Of a DNA stretch of 64,000 bases, positions 29,682 to 40,054 are shown one piece after another; the stretch's first letter is position 1; each line of letters begins with the position of its first letter. Source of the stretch: a virus. Location: the IMG/VR virus record IMGVR_UViG_3300009506_000122, positions 3,202 to 67,201 of that record; one strand, given 5' to 3'. The translations under genes were made by a program, and so were the position numbers. The notes beneath the pieces were generated by a model. That model was given only the letters and a program-made list of their open reading frames with translations. It had not been told where the DNA came from and made no database searches.

Positions 29682-32600
29682 AATGATCTCCTTCTGGGTC
29701 TATTTCAAACCCGAATTGTATTTCTTCTCGTTCAAAACCAAACTCAATCGCCTCACGCTCAAAGCCATACATAGCAAATTGTATCGGTGGACCTGTTGTA
29801 GTTGTACTAAACGTACTCGTGGATGACATTGTCGAGGTCGTTGTGCTAAACGTACTCGTGGAACTTGCTGTCGAACTCGTTGAGGACGATGTGCTAACAG
29901 TACTTGTGGTCGTGCTGGTTGTTGATGTAGACGAAGACGAAGACACCGTTGAGGACGTAGTACTCGTAGTCGTACTGGTCGTTGAGGACGTAGTTGTAGT
30001 AGTGGTCGTCATTGAATCGTCAAGGACCAGTCTATCTATATACAGAAAATGTCCTACCGTACCAGGCCAGTCGTGAATGATCTGTAATCTAAACTCTCCG
30101 TTCTGAACATAGTTGTTAGTGTATATAAACCATGATCTTTGCTCGTCTGAGGCTCTGCTTATCAGTTGATTATAGGGTAAATCAACCCATTGTGCCTGAG
30201 TAAAATTCCAAGCTCTGACGAAGACCTGATGTGCAGGATTTCCACTATAATACCCTTCAAATCTGACACCAAACGAAGGTATTGACGGGATATTTTCAAA
30301 GTGAAACTCGTAATTATACCCCGGATTAGCAACTGTTTCATTCAGTACCAGATATGTTCCATCAGCAATCCTTGTGTCTTCTACCGATCCGCTGTTTACC
30401 GATCCAGCATTTATTACAAGGTGATTGACATAGTACCATGGAATACCCGTTGTCGTGGTTGTGGACGTGGTACTGCTTGACGTACTCGTGGTCAACGTGC
30501 TTGTCGTAGTCGTTGTGGATGTCGTTGACGAAGTCGTGGTTGAGAACGTGGTTGATGTTGTCGAGGACGTGGTAGTTGATACCGTACTCGAAGTAGTGGA
30601 TGTGGTAGTGCTTGTCGTGGACGTGGTACTCGAAGTCGAAGACGTTGTTTCACTTGTGGTTGTGGACGTCTGTGTACTCGTAGTGGATGAAGTCGTGGTC
30701 GTAGTTGTAGTACTTGTGGTGGAAGTTTCACCAGGTTCAGTTGTAGTGGTCGTGCTGAATGTCGAAGTTGTGGTTGACGTAGTCGTAGACGTAGTACTCG
30801 AAGTCTCCGACGTTGTCGTGGTGGACATTGTGGTTGTTGTAGTAGAACTCGAGGACGTTGTAGATGTCTGAGTAGTCGTAGACGTAGTACTCGAAGTCGA
30901 GGACGTTGTCTCACTTGTAGTAGTTGAGGACTGAGTTGTTGTGGTTGAGCTGGTTGTTGTTGTAGTCGTTGTGGACGTAGTAGACGTTTCACCAGGCTCA
31001 GTCGTAGTTGTGGTACTAAAGGTTGATGGTACTAAAGGTTGACGTGGTCGTGGACGTAGTACTCGTAGTCGAGGACGTTGTCTCGCTCGTGGTGGTACTG
31101 CTAAAGGTTGACGTAGTGGAGGACGTGGTCGTGGACGTAGTGGTACTGGTCGTAGTCGTGGTCGATGTCGATGTTTCTGTACTTGTGGTCGTGGATGTGA
31201 TAGTACTGGTCGTGCTTGACGTGGTTGTTGTCAAAGTTGACGTAGTCGTGGACGTGGTGGTACTTGACGTGGACGTAGTTGTACTTGACGTGGAACTGGT
31301 GGTCTCACTCGTGGTTGTTGTGCTGAATGTAGATGTTGTGGAGCTTGTGGTAGTCGTAGTAGTCGTGGATGAAGTACTTGTCTCACCAGGCTCCGTTGTG
31401 GTTGTTGTGCTGAAAGTTGACGTTGAAGACATCGTACTCGTAGTCGAGGACGATGTAGTGGACGTTGTCGAAGACGTGGTTGACGTAGTCGTAATTGACG
31501 TTGTCGAGGTCGTGGATGAGGTACTCGAAGTTGAGGTTGTACTCGTAGTCGTGGTCGTGGTCGAGAATGTTGTAGTAGAACTGATTGTACTTGTGGTGGA
31601 TGAAGTCGTGGTTGACGTAGTCGTGGTTGTAGTACTTGTAGTGGTCGTAGCACCAGTATCCCAATTCAAAATAACGATACCAGAATCATTACTACTATTG
31701 GTAATATCTGTCCAGTCACAAGAAATAGCATCAGTAGAATTATACCGCTGAATAAGGGCAGTTGCTCCACCAGGCGTAACACTTCCCTGATAATATTCAA
31801 CCTCATCAAGTGTAAAATCCCCACTTGGAGTTGGGTCTGTCACTTGATCGTAAATATTAACAACTGATAGTATCCAATCCCCAACTTGATCTGGAGTAGC
31901 ACTACCAGTAGTAATATCAGTATCAAGGCTGTAATCCGCTATTGGATCAACTTGAGATACGCCACTTAAAGCATACACGAATACAGAACTAAAAGATGTG
32001 TTTACTGTGAATGTATGACCACTACCTACTGTTGGATTTAAGCAGTAATAGAACGTAACATACTGACCACCAGTTGTATCTGATGGTCCAAGCTCGGTCC
32101 AACTATTACCTTTACTATCTTCAAAACTGTGGGTTACATTATAAAACGCAACGCCCACAATTATAAAATCAGCTCCAGTAGTGTCTATTGCTCCAGTGAC
32201 ATTAGCAGTAGCCCCAGAAGCCTTTACTTGAGCAACTATGTCAATAAGAGGGGCAGGAGGACCAGTAGTAGTCGTAGTCGAGGTTGTCGAGGTCGTGGTA
32301 CTCGAAGTTGTAGACGACCGTGTAGTCGTGGACGTGGTACTCGAAGTTGAGGTTGTACTCGAAGTTGAGGATGTAGTAGTTGAAGACTTAGTAACCGTAG
32401 TCGTGGACGTGGTACTCGTAGTCGAGGTTGTCGAGGTCGTAGTTGTAGGTTGTTTCGTGGGTTCTTCATAAGTGTCAGTCCTAATGGTGATATTATCAAT
32501 GAAGCCCTCAACTGTTTGAGAGTCCCCACCAAACATACCTACCATTAATTCATCTACTGTCCACGATTGAGCGGAACCAGTAATACCACCAGAACCTATC

Positions 32601-33862
32601 ACATCACCATTTATTTTAGCTTCCCAAGTGTAATCACTTAAATCCCATTTTAATTGAAATACATAACGACTACCTACTCTAAGTTTTGGTCCAGGTATAT
32701 AATTAGAAGTCCCATCATGACTAACCACAATTTGAACAATAGCATCCCCAGCACCTTTATAAAGCATAAATTGTCCGGGGCTATTGACACCGCCAGCACC
32801 ATACAATCTTAGAAAATACTTCTCATTTCCACCGGTAGTAATACCACTTCCATGATGATATTCAGCGGTCACAAAAACTGTGCTAAGATTTCCTAAACCA
32901 AGATGTTCTACATAAGCATCTCTCCTTGTGCTTGAATCGTCATAACATTGAGCCCTCAAACATTGACTATCCCACCCTTGAGGATATCCCAAATTAGATG
33001 TTGCATAATCCTCATCCATGACACAGTTAGCATGTTCAAGCGTCTCTCCCTCGCTCCATGTTTCTTCATACCCTGAACCTTCAAATCTTTCATCCCAAAC
33101 AACCGCAGGTACTGGTTCAGTTGTGGTTGTAGAGGTCGTAGTACTGGTGGTTGTCGAGGTCGTACTACTTGAGGACGTAGTACTTGAGGTCATAGTACTG
33201 GTGGTTGTAGAGGACGTACTACTGGTGGTTGAAGTCGTAGACGAGGTCGTAGACGAAGACACCGTTGAGGACGTAGTACTCGTAGTCGAGGACGTGGTAG
33301 TTGTAGTACTTGTAGTGGACGTTATTGAATAAATTGTAACTGTGGAAGCAACGGTGTTATTTAATGGTGTATTACCATTGGTTACGTTGACTACCCTAAA
33401 AGAATAGACACCTCCTGCAACAGCATTTTCTGGGGATAGTCCCCATTGAGCTTCAATCCAGTCGCCAGAAGATATACTCAAAGTACCTGAATCTGGGAGA
33501 GTATTATCACTCTCATTCATGCGGGCAGTGCCAGTCCCACCGCAACCTGCGGGAGCTGTGGCAATTCTCAGAGTTCCAGTACCATCATCAGAAGCTATCC
33601 CACTTACATCAGTCCAACATATTTCTGAGACATCTGAAACATCATTCCAACCCAAAGCATCACGTTGCCATTGAAGTTTTACTTGGGCGGCATTGGGAGC
33701 TTTATTACATGCTAAAGTTAAAGAATACCCAATTTGAACACACAGAATAAACTTATCAGTTGTTAGCCAATCAGTAAAAACGCCATTATCAGCAGTTTGT
33801 CCAGTCCAGTCTTCACCGGCAAGACGAGAGTTGGCGTGGGTATCAATGTAATAAGTTCCCAT
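29671..33862 (-). CDS. large mucin-like Thr/Ser-repeat virion protein with lectin-like domains, frameshifted at about 31,011-31,042 (ORF pieces 31016..33862 and 29671..30828)
   Basis: Globular domains separated by long T/S tracts; removing one copy of a 16-bp tandem duplication gives a single 1391-aa frame. Confidence 0.7.
31011..31042. repeat. perfect 16-bp tandem duplication TGGTACTAAAGGTTGA x2
   Basis: Read directly at 31011-31026 and 31027-31042. Confidence 0.9.
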
Positions 33863-33872
33863 GATTTAATTC

Positions 33873-34232
33873 CTATATATCGATTAGGTCATGTTCGATA
33901 GTACAGTCTGGCGAATTAGCTTTTAATGGGTCTTGCAAACACCGAAATGGTCTATCAAATTTTGCTTGACATTTCCACTGACCATGGGCATTTCTTTCAA
34001 GCATGTTGCACTTTCCTTCATCGTCATTACCATACGGACTATGAGGATAATCAAGACAACAATCCCCACAAAAATTGCATCTGACCCGTTTAATTTCTAT
34101 GGGATTACCTGGCACACGATGAACTAACATTTCCAGGCCAGCAATCAACGAAATTTCCTGATCTTGAGCCCAATCGGGAAGATTCAAGATCATGTCTTTC
34201 ACGGCTTTTTTGAATTTAGTATAGCTTGCCAT
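33873..34232 (-). CDS. YkgJ-like cysteine-cluster protein
   Basis: CNFCGDCC...C...C...RPFRC. Confidence 0.6.
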   Translation of the reverse strand: MASYTKFKKAVKDMILNLPDWAQDQEISLIAGLEMLVHRVPGNPIEIKRVRCNFCGDCCLDYPHSPYGNDDEGKCNMLERNAHGQWKCQAKFDRPFRCLQDPLKANSPDCTIEHDLIDI

Positions 34233-34244
34233 TTTTAGTCTCCC

Positions 34245-34270
34245 GGTAGGGAGAGCGAACTCTCCCTACC
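34245..34270 (-). other. stable RNA hairpin with TTCG loop
   Basis: GGTAGGGAGAG-TTCG-CTCTCCCTACC on the minus strand; no U tract follows. Confidence 0.7.
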
Positions 34271-34288
34271 ATACATTCCCGTCACTAA

Positions 34289-34726
34289 CTACCCTGTACT
34301 TGCAGGTTTCAGGTTTCGAATTACCCCGGGAGGTACATAAAACCTTATACCGAAAGGGTCCCCGGTACCATCTCCATTAACATCCCCTGCTATGTTAGGA
34401 TCGTCAGACCAACCTACCACACTTTCGAGAGACGTAGAAGCATCAATAATTCTCCAAGTTTTAACACCTACATAATACTGCCCCTCATTAGTCAGCGTGA
34501 TTACAGTTTGAAGTTCTGAACCTCTCCAAACAGAGACAGGATTTGCCTTGTTCGGATCTGTCAAAGCGTTGGCTATAAAAACTTCATACTCAACAGACCC
34601 AGAATCAACTGCAACAGGATCCCATGTAACTGTCGTTTGATTTGCAGTATGCCATGTTAAAGCGTATAACTGTGTTACAGGAATAAAGAAAAGCAGAACG
34701 AACCAGATTAAGAATTTCTTTTTCAT
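34289..34726 (-). CDS. exported fibronectin type III-like protein
   Basis: Signal peptide MKKKFLIWFVLLFF...LYA; VTWDPV, YEVF, YYVGV pattern. Confidence 0.55.
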   Translation of the reverse strand: MKKKFLIWFVLLFFIPVTQLYALTWHTANQTTVTWDPVAVDSGSVEYEVFIANALTDPNKANPVSVWRGSELQTVITLTNEGQYYVGVKTWRIIDASTSLESVVGWSDDPNIAGDVNGDGTGDPFGIRFYVPPGVIRNLKPASTG

Positions 34727-34853
34727 TGACGTTACCTCCAAAATAAGTTAATATTTGTTTTAGACTTGGGGACTTCGCTATATTGGCAAGGTAATTGCGA
34801 TTACTCATTTAATCGACTTATTGTCCGCCGTTGCCATAGCTAAGCCCCCTTGT

Positions 34854-35039
34854 CTATTCTGGAATGTCAGGTAAGGGTGTAGCCACGTTCTTATTGAACC
34901 GTTCTCGTTCAGAGTTGAGTAACTCCTCGAGCTGTTCATCAGTTAATCCCGCCTGACGTCCAGAAGCGAAGTAGATTTGTAAACCTAACTTCGCAAGCTC
35001 CGTAAGGGCTGCTACTGTTACCGAAACCGCTGGTGCCAT
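34854..35039 (-). CDS. small hypothetical protein (lysis region)
   Basis: AAGGAGGTG RBS. Confidence 0.6.
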   Translation of the reverse strand: MAPAVSVTVAALTELAKLGLQIYFASGRQAGLTDEQLEELLNSERERFNKNVATPLPDIPE

Positions 35040-35059
35040 GTAAACACCTCCTTTCTTCC

Positions 35060-35413
35060 TTATTGCACAACCATTGTCTGGAGTTGTGTTAGAAGATTAT
35101 AGATTTGCTGTTCCTGTGCAAGTGTTGGATTACCAAGCTGAACTCCTTGATCGTATGCAGGAATCAAAAGTTGCAACGTTTCAAGAATAGGCTTTTTAGA
35201 TCGCAACACTTTCTTCTGACCCTCTGTCAGATTAGGATTAGCTGCCATTATCATGTAGTCCTCGTGCTGTGCGTTGTAGACCTGGTACATATACGCCAAT
35301 TTCTGCTTAGGTGTCATTTCAGACCACGAGGGCGCATTTTTAGCAGTACACGCCGATAATAGCAGTAAAAGGATTAAGAGTAAAGACACGATTGTAAATT
35401 TTTTTCTAACCAT
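35060..35413 (-). CDS. lipoprotein (possible spanin component)
   Basis: Basic N-terminus, hydrophobic stretch, lipobox LSAC; follows holin and endolysin. Confidence 0.6.
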   Translation of the reverse strand: MVRKKFTIVSLLLILLLLLSACTAKNAPSWSEMTPKQKLAYMYQVYNAQHEDYMIMAANPNLTEGQKKVLRSKKPILETLQLLIPAYDQGVQLGNPTLAQEQQIYNLLTQLQTMVVQ

Positions 35414-35714
35414 CACTACTACCTCCCTTACCATTTAGTTGTTTCACTTGTAGCTCCAAACTCTCCTTGTCTGTTTGTGCCTTTGAACTTCTAAAAGCCC
35501 AAACAACGATAGGATAAATTACGGAACCAAGCAAAAAACCAAGAATAGTGTCAACTATTCTCATGTTCTCTTGTGGAACATGAGTAAAGGTTACTCCATA
35601 GAAGTAACCCGACACCAAGAGAATGATAATAGTTGAGAAGATCATCTCAAACAATCCTCTTTTTTTCACGATTGGTTTTTTGCCTTCCTTAGCCGACGTT
35701 TTACTATCTTCCAT
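35406..35714 (-). CDS. putative holin (two TM helices)
   Basis: Two hydrophobic helices, ILGFLLGS; adjacent to endolysin. Confidence 0.55.
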   Translation of the reverse strand: MEDSKTSAKEGKKPIVKKRGLFEMIFSTIIILLVSGYFYGVTFTHVPQENMRIVDTILGFLLGSVIYPIVVWAFRSSKAQTDKESLELQVKQLNGKGGSSDG

Positions 35715-35725
35715 TTCAAACCTCC

Positions 35726-36166
35726 TTAGGGATGAATTAATTTAACGCCCAGCTTCTTCTTATCGTGATTTCTACAATCAATATGAAGCCAAGTAACGTC
35801 TAATTCGATTGCGGTTATATATTTAAACGCATACTTATCGTTACTTCGAATATCGAGCCTGACCTCTTCCGCTTCAACGTTTTTGAATTTACAATCTAAT
35901 GCTCTTCCAAATCTGTGCTGACTAAAAACAGCACCAACGGTACAGTTATGCGGTCTAAATCCTCGATAATTATTTGCATTGTCAGTTCTCCACAACCAAT
36001 CATTGACCACCATAGTACCATACCGTTCTCGAAGCATGTCGGCTGTAAAGAGGATTCTGTTATCGATTAATATCCACATCATATCCCCAAGTTGTGGATA
36101 AACTTCTTTGTAGTAATCTCGGGGAAACATTTCTTGCAGTTTAAAATATTTAGGAATATACATCAC
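35726..36166 (-). CDS. endolysin, peptidase M15-like
   Basis: GFR, SQHRFGRALD and WLHID zinc-peptidase motifs. Confidence 0.8.
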   Translation of the reverse strand: MMYIPKYFKLQEMFPRDYYKEVYPQLGDMMWILIDNRILFTADMLRERYGTMVVNDWLWRTDNANNYRGFRPHNCTVGAVFSQHRFGRALDCKFKNVEAEEVRLDIRSNDKYAFKYITAIELDVTWLHIDCRNHDKKKLGVKLIHP

Positions 36167-36627
36167 CTTTTCTTCCTGTTAAAGTTAGAATCATCGTTCA
36201 TAGGATACTTATTAACATGCTTAAAAACTTGATCCATAAGTATCTTCTGTTCACTTGTGACCTCATCAACACGTTTGATAAGCTGGTTCGTTTCACCTTC
36301 ATGCTTACTCAAATCAGCCTTAATCTCAAACTTTACAATTTCCAGATTCCTTCTCATTTCTCCAACTGAGGTGTACGTTGACAGTTGCATTCCTAACATA
36401 AAAATCAGTACAGTAATCAGTACAGAGACCAAGACATAGAACGGTTTTACTTTCAATCTCGTATCAACCTCCTTAAATAGTTTTTCCGTCGTGTCGCATT
36501 GACGATTCAGCTTCGTGCAAACAAATTCCAAGTCTTTTGTCGCCTTTATCAAGTCCTCTCTAAGACCTGGATGCTGGTCACAAAGTTCGCATTTTCGAAT
36601 GCCTGATTGATCTTTTTCATCAGTCAA
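36163..36627 (-). CDS. membrane-anchored coiled-coil protein
   Basis: Single TM segment; TTG start after AAGGAGGTG. Confidence 0.55.
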   Translation of the reverse strand: MTDEKDQSGIRKCELCDQHPGLREDLIKATKDLEFVCTKLNRQCDTTEKLFKEVDTRLKVKPFYVLVSVLITVLIFMLGMQLSTYTSVGEMRRNLEIVKFEIKADLSKHEGETNQLIKRVDEVTSEQKILMDQVFKHVNKYPMNDDSNFNRKKR

Positions 36628-36644
36628 GTTATATCACCTCCTTT

Positions 36645-36929
36645 CTATACCGTAGAGACCACAACTGTGGTCGTGTTTACGTTTGTTCCCCCTGCGACAG
36701 GCGGATAAGTTGTCGTGGTTGATGATGTAGCCGTCGTAGTCGTTGAGGAGGTTGTTGTTGATTGTGTGTTCGTTGTGGTAGTAGAGGACGTTGTGGAACT
36801 CATAGTGGTTGTCGTTCTCTCGTCTAACCACTCGATTGTCTGATACGTCACACGAACATTAGGGGAATTAAAATCTTCTTCCAAATATTCTATGGACGTA
36901 TAAGTATTTCTAACTGTGACATTAGGCAT
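36645..36929 (-). CDS. small virion protein with Thr/Ser tract
   Basis: Repeated PNVxVxxxxIExL unit followed by a T/S tract. Confidence 0.6.
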   Translation of the reverse strand: MPNVTVRNTYTSIEYLEEDFNSPNVRVTYQTIEWLDERTTTTMSSTTSSTTTTNTQSTTTSSTTTTATSSTTTTYPPVAGGTNVNTTTVVVSTV

Positions 36930-36938
36930 TTATATTTC

Positions 36939-38006
36939 CTAAGGTGCTGTTGTCGTAGTCGTGGAAGTTGTACTTGTCGTGGTAGTTCCAAGATAAGTTG
37001 CTTCTATCCCAGCTTCCATACTATTTAATTTTGCTTGTGTCCAGGGGTTGGAATCATTGGGATCATCATCCCAACAGTCAAAGATAAAACTATATGTTGC
37101 TCCTAATGTTCTTTCTCCTACTGACGCACTATAATCGGAGCCTCCTTGTCTAACAAAATGTCTTACTTTACCCGGAGCAATATCTCCATATCTCTTTACC
37201 ATTGACTTAATCTGCATGCCTTTAATAACGTTCGCTGATGGGGCAGTTATTGTATAGGAGTCTTTCTGTCCTTCTGTATCGGATTCATTATAAGATGAAT
37301 CTCCATCTGGAGCTACTTCATCAATTTCAACATAATGATCCCCAGCACCAAGAGGAGACCACTCAGTATAACTACCGTCAGCGTCAGGCATTACCCCTAA
37401 CACCTTGCAAGGACCATGTCTTGTGTCGCTGTCAATATAAAAATCATTGAAGTAAGTCACCCATCCAAGATTATAAACTCCAGCTAAATAAACTCGATCA
37501 ATTAAATTTGTGCCCTTACTTGTATCCACAGACGTGTACTCTGCTGAAAGTTCATTGTCTATCCAAACTCTAAATTCTCCAGTAGTATCGTGTATTTTAG
37601 CGTACACTTCCATATAATGCCAAGTATAGTTTTGATAAGGAATACTACCCGCCGCACCAAGAACCGCACTATTAAAACGAACTCCAAGTGGATAACGGGC
37701 GGTGTTCCAACACACATTACAATGAATTGTACTCTGGTAAGCGAATCCAACAAAGCAATGGTTTGTCCAATATGATGGATCAGTAGCAGTATTGACGTAA
37801 AAAGAAAACCCCACATACATGTCCGCTCTCGCAAGAGAAGCAGGCAGAATTAATATTTGATCCGCTGTATTTGTTCTAAACGAAGATTGGGAATGTGGAC
37901 TTCTATAAATACCAGTACTTATTTGAAGATTATTACTTCCATTCCACAACGTTCTATGATTAGCTGTGTCTATATTTTGAAAGCTATCCAGAAATAATAA
38001 AGCCAT
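36939..38006 (-). CDS. tail-associated ConA/lectin-like protein with C-terminal Thr/Ser tag
   Basis: MALLFLDSF start, WHYMEV, GEFRVWIDN, YFNDFYI; ends GTTTTSTTSTTTTTAP. Confidence 0.6.
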   Translation of the reverse strand: MALLFLDSFQNIDTANHRTLWNGSNNLQISTGIYRSPHSQSSFRTNTADQILILPASLARADMYVGFSFYVNTATDPSYWTNHCFVGFAYQSTIHCNVCWNTARYPLGVRFNSAVLGAAGSIPYQNYTWHYMEVYAKIHDTTGEFRVWIDNELSAEYTSVDTSKGTNLIDRVYLAGVYNLGWVTYFNDFYIDSDTRHGPCKVLGVMPDADGSYTEWSPLGAGDHYVEIDEVAPDGDSSYNESDTEGQKDSYTITAPSANVIKGMQIKSMVKRYGDIAPGKVRHFVRQGGSDYSASVGERTLGATYSFIFDCWDDDPNDSNPWTQAKLNSMEAGIEATYLGTTTTSTTSTTTTTAP

Positions 38007-38016
38007 TATATCTCTC

Positions 38017-38601
38017 CTATGCCGTAGTGGTTGTAGATGTAGTACTACTTGTTGAGGAAGTAGTTGTACTGGATGTAGTCGTTACGGTATAAACGTTCCT
38101 TGTTCCTGCAAGACACCAAGCAAGGTTTGCTAATGTAGCATCAGGAGAAGCTGGGGCCACGATAGTTAAAATTTGACCCGGAGTAAATGTCGTATTCAAA
38201 GCACAAGCGAAGGTAGCTGTCGTTCCTCCTGCTCCAAATGTAGCTGTCGCAAATTCTACACCGCCTTTTCTCAAACTAAAGATAGCCGTAGCTGTCGCCG
38301 CAACTGACGCTATCATCTTACTCAGAGACATGCCAGCTTCGAACATAACGTTCCTTACAAATGGAAAACGCATAATGGTAAGACTACCAGTAGGACTACC
38401 ATTATAAGAACCACCTATATCGTAGGAAGAATCAAAGTATTCAAGAGCAGATTCTCCACTACCGACCCTCGGTATCTTGCCCTTTTTTCCAGTAAAGCTA
38501 CCACCAAAAACAGCATCAAGCTCCGCTAAAGGAGCGTTCATATCGCTGTCTTCATACGTGGTTACCCCATCTTGATATGGTGTATGATGATCGGTCGTCA
38601 T
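38017..38601 (-). CDS. minor tail/fibre protein with C-terminal Thr/Ser tag
   Basis: Tail module position; beta-sandwich-like C-domain; T/S tail. Confidence 0.55.
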   Translation of the reverse strand: MTTDHHTPYQDGVTTYEDSDMNAPLAELDAVFGGSFTGKKGKIPRVGSGESALEYFDSSYDIGGSYNGSPTGSLTIMRFPFVRNVMFEAGMSLSKMIASVAATATAIFSLRKGGVEFATATFGAGGTTATFACALNTTFTPGQILTIVAPASPDATLANLAWCLAGTRNVYTVTTTSSTTTSSTSSTTSTTTTA

Positions 38602-38912
38602 TATCTAACCCCCATTTCTTTGATTTTATCGAACACTTCCATCACTTGTTCTTTTCCTTGAAATTCTTTGCCAACAAACAGATTCTTCATAAGTTCCGTT
38701 TGCAATTCAAACATTTTGTTCACATTAGTTTTAGACTTATCAGATAAGTCTATATGGTTTACCACACTCTCCAGTAGCTTCGTCATATAACCAAGTGACT
38801 TCTGTATATCACTCAGCATGTCTTTAATATTTTTAAGCTCACTGGCGGACTCTGAGACGATCATCACCCCTTGATTATGACTGGGGACCACGTTTCCAAC
38901 AATATCACTCAT
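38601..38912 (-). CDS. hypothetical protein
   Basis: GGAGGT RBS; coupled to the next gene. Confidence 0.55.
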   Translation of the reverse strand: MSDIVGNVVPSHNQGVMIVSESASELKNIKDMLSDIQKSLGYMTKLLESVVNHIDLSDKSKTNVNKMFELQTELMKNLFVGKEFQGKEQVMEVFDKIKEMGVR

Positions 38913-38923
38913 TGGATTACCTC

Positions 38924-40054
38924 CTATATAGGACTACCTCCTGAATCTAATAGAACAAGTACGAAAGAATAAGCATAACCACCAACTTCATACAATAATG
39001 GAACAGAAGATTCGGATGCTGACTGGTCTCTTTCGAACTTGAAAGACCCAGTCGTGCTGACATACGATTCGGCGTAATCTGATCGCCAACCAGTATAAGA
39101 ACCATATACCTGACCAAAAGCCCCCATATTAGTGAGCTTCCCTCTCATTCCTGCAAAATTCCAAACTGTGCCGTATTGATCGTAAACAGTTATAACTATA
39201 TCACAATATGGTTGAGGGGGTGGTGTTGGATTCCACTCTAACTCGTCGTCTACCGTAACCCATGATCCAGATATAGATATATCCACAGAACTATAAATTG
39301 GGGAAGAGTAAGATTTCCCAATCATATCATCGGTAACAACTGTATCTCCATAAAATACTAAGACCCAATCAACTAACACATGTCCTGAAGGTACTGTGGG
39401 CATAGTAGGCACAGTAGTTGAAAAATTGACCGCTGTGCCAGAAATAACATCGATCTCATTATCATGAGGACCAACTACCAAAATATCATATCTACCATAC
39501 TTAGGAGTAGCTGGTGCCGCAGGTATGGTGACAACATAATACTGTCCACCCATAGTGACAGCATCACTACCCATGAGTAAGGGAGCAGGATCATCCATAG
39601 TGTAAAAGAAATTATTTGTCTCAGACCATATATATAATCCATTATTATATCGGTAAGTACCCGGATTTACTCTAACTGTCATAGTTGTTGGATCAGTAGC
39701 TAAGACTTCCATACCAGACAAAACGACATCTGTTAAATCAACCGAAGGTAAAGAACTCCCTGCTCCAATAGGTGTTGGAATAGCTCTACCAGTACCGATT
39801 ACTTCAACATATCCCTTATTACCACGTCTATGTCTAATAGTAACAGCCGCACCAGGTTTTAGATAAGATGGTGCGGCAGTCAAAACCTGATGGTAGTGGG
39901 ATTTGAGTAAAGTATCAGAACCTTGTATCTTGACGTTGACAATGTTATTAGCTGAATCAACAGACCACACAACAGCGTCCCGTTCTTCTACTCGTTTTCT
40001 CACTCGGCGATCAATAACACCGATTCCTACTTTTTTACCATAAAGTCTTGGCAT
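38924..40054 (-). CDS. minor tail protein
   Basis: Tail-tip region; OB-like N-terminus; RYDILVV motif; TAATG coupling. Confidence 0.55.
   Translation of the reverse strand: MPRLYGKKVGIGVIDRRVRKRVEERDAVVWSVDSANNIVNVKIQGSDTLLKSHYHQVLTAAPSYLKPGAAVTIRHRRGNKGYVEVIGTGRAIPTPIGAGSSLPSVDLTDVVLSGMEVLATDPTTMTVRVNPGTYRYNNGLYIWSETNNFFYTMDDPAPLLMGSDAVTMGGQYYVVTIPAAPATPKYGRYDILVVGPHDNEIDVISGTAVNFSTTVPTMPTVPSGHVLVDWVLVFYGDTVVTDDMIGKSYSSPIYSSVDISISGSWVTVDDELEWNPTPPPQPYCDIVITVYDQYGTVWNFAGMRGKLTNMGAFGQVYGSYTGWRSDYAESYVSTTGSFKFERDQSASESSVPLLYEVGGYAYSFVLVLLDSGGSPI

Noticed and set aside
30440-31650. Repeats such as GTAGTACTCGAAGT as a CRISPR array
   Set aside because: No constant repeat with unique spacers; these are degenerate coding repeats, and no cas genes are present.
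29819-33332. Val-rich + strand ORFs (29819, 30455, 31023, 32238, 33018) and Arg/Pro/Gln-rich alternative minus frames
   Set aside because: These are shadow frames of the ACN/TCN-rich Thr/Ser repeats, opposite or out of frame to a coherent gene.
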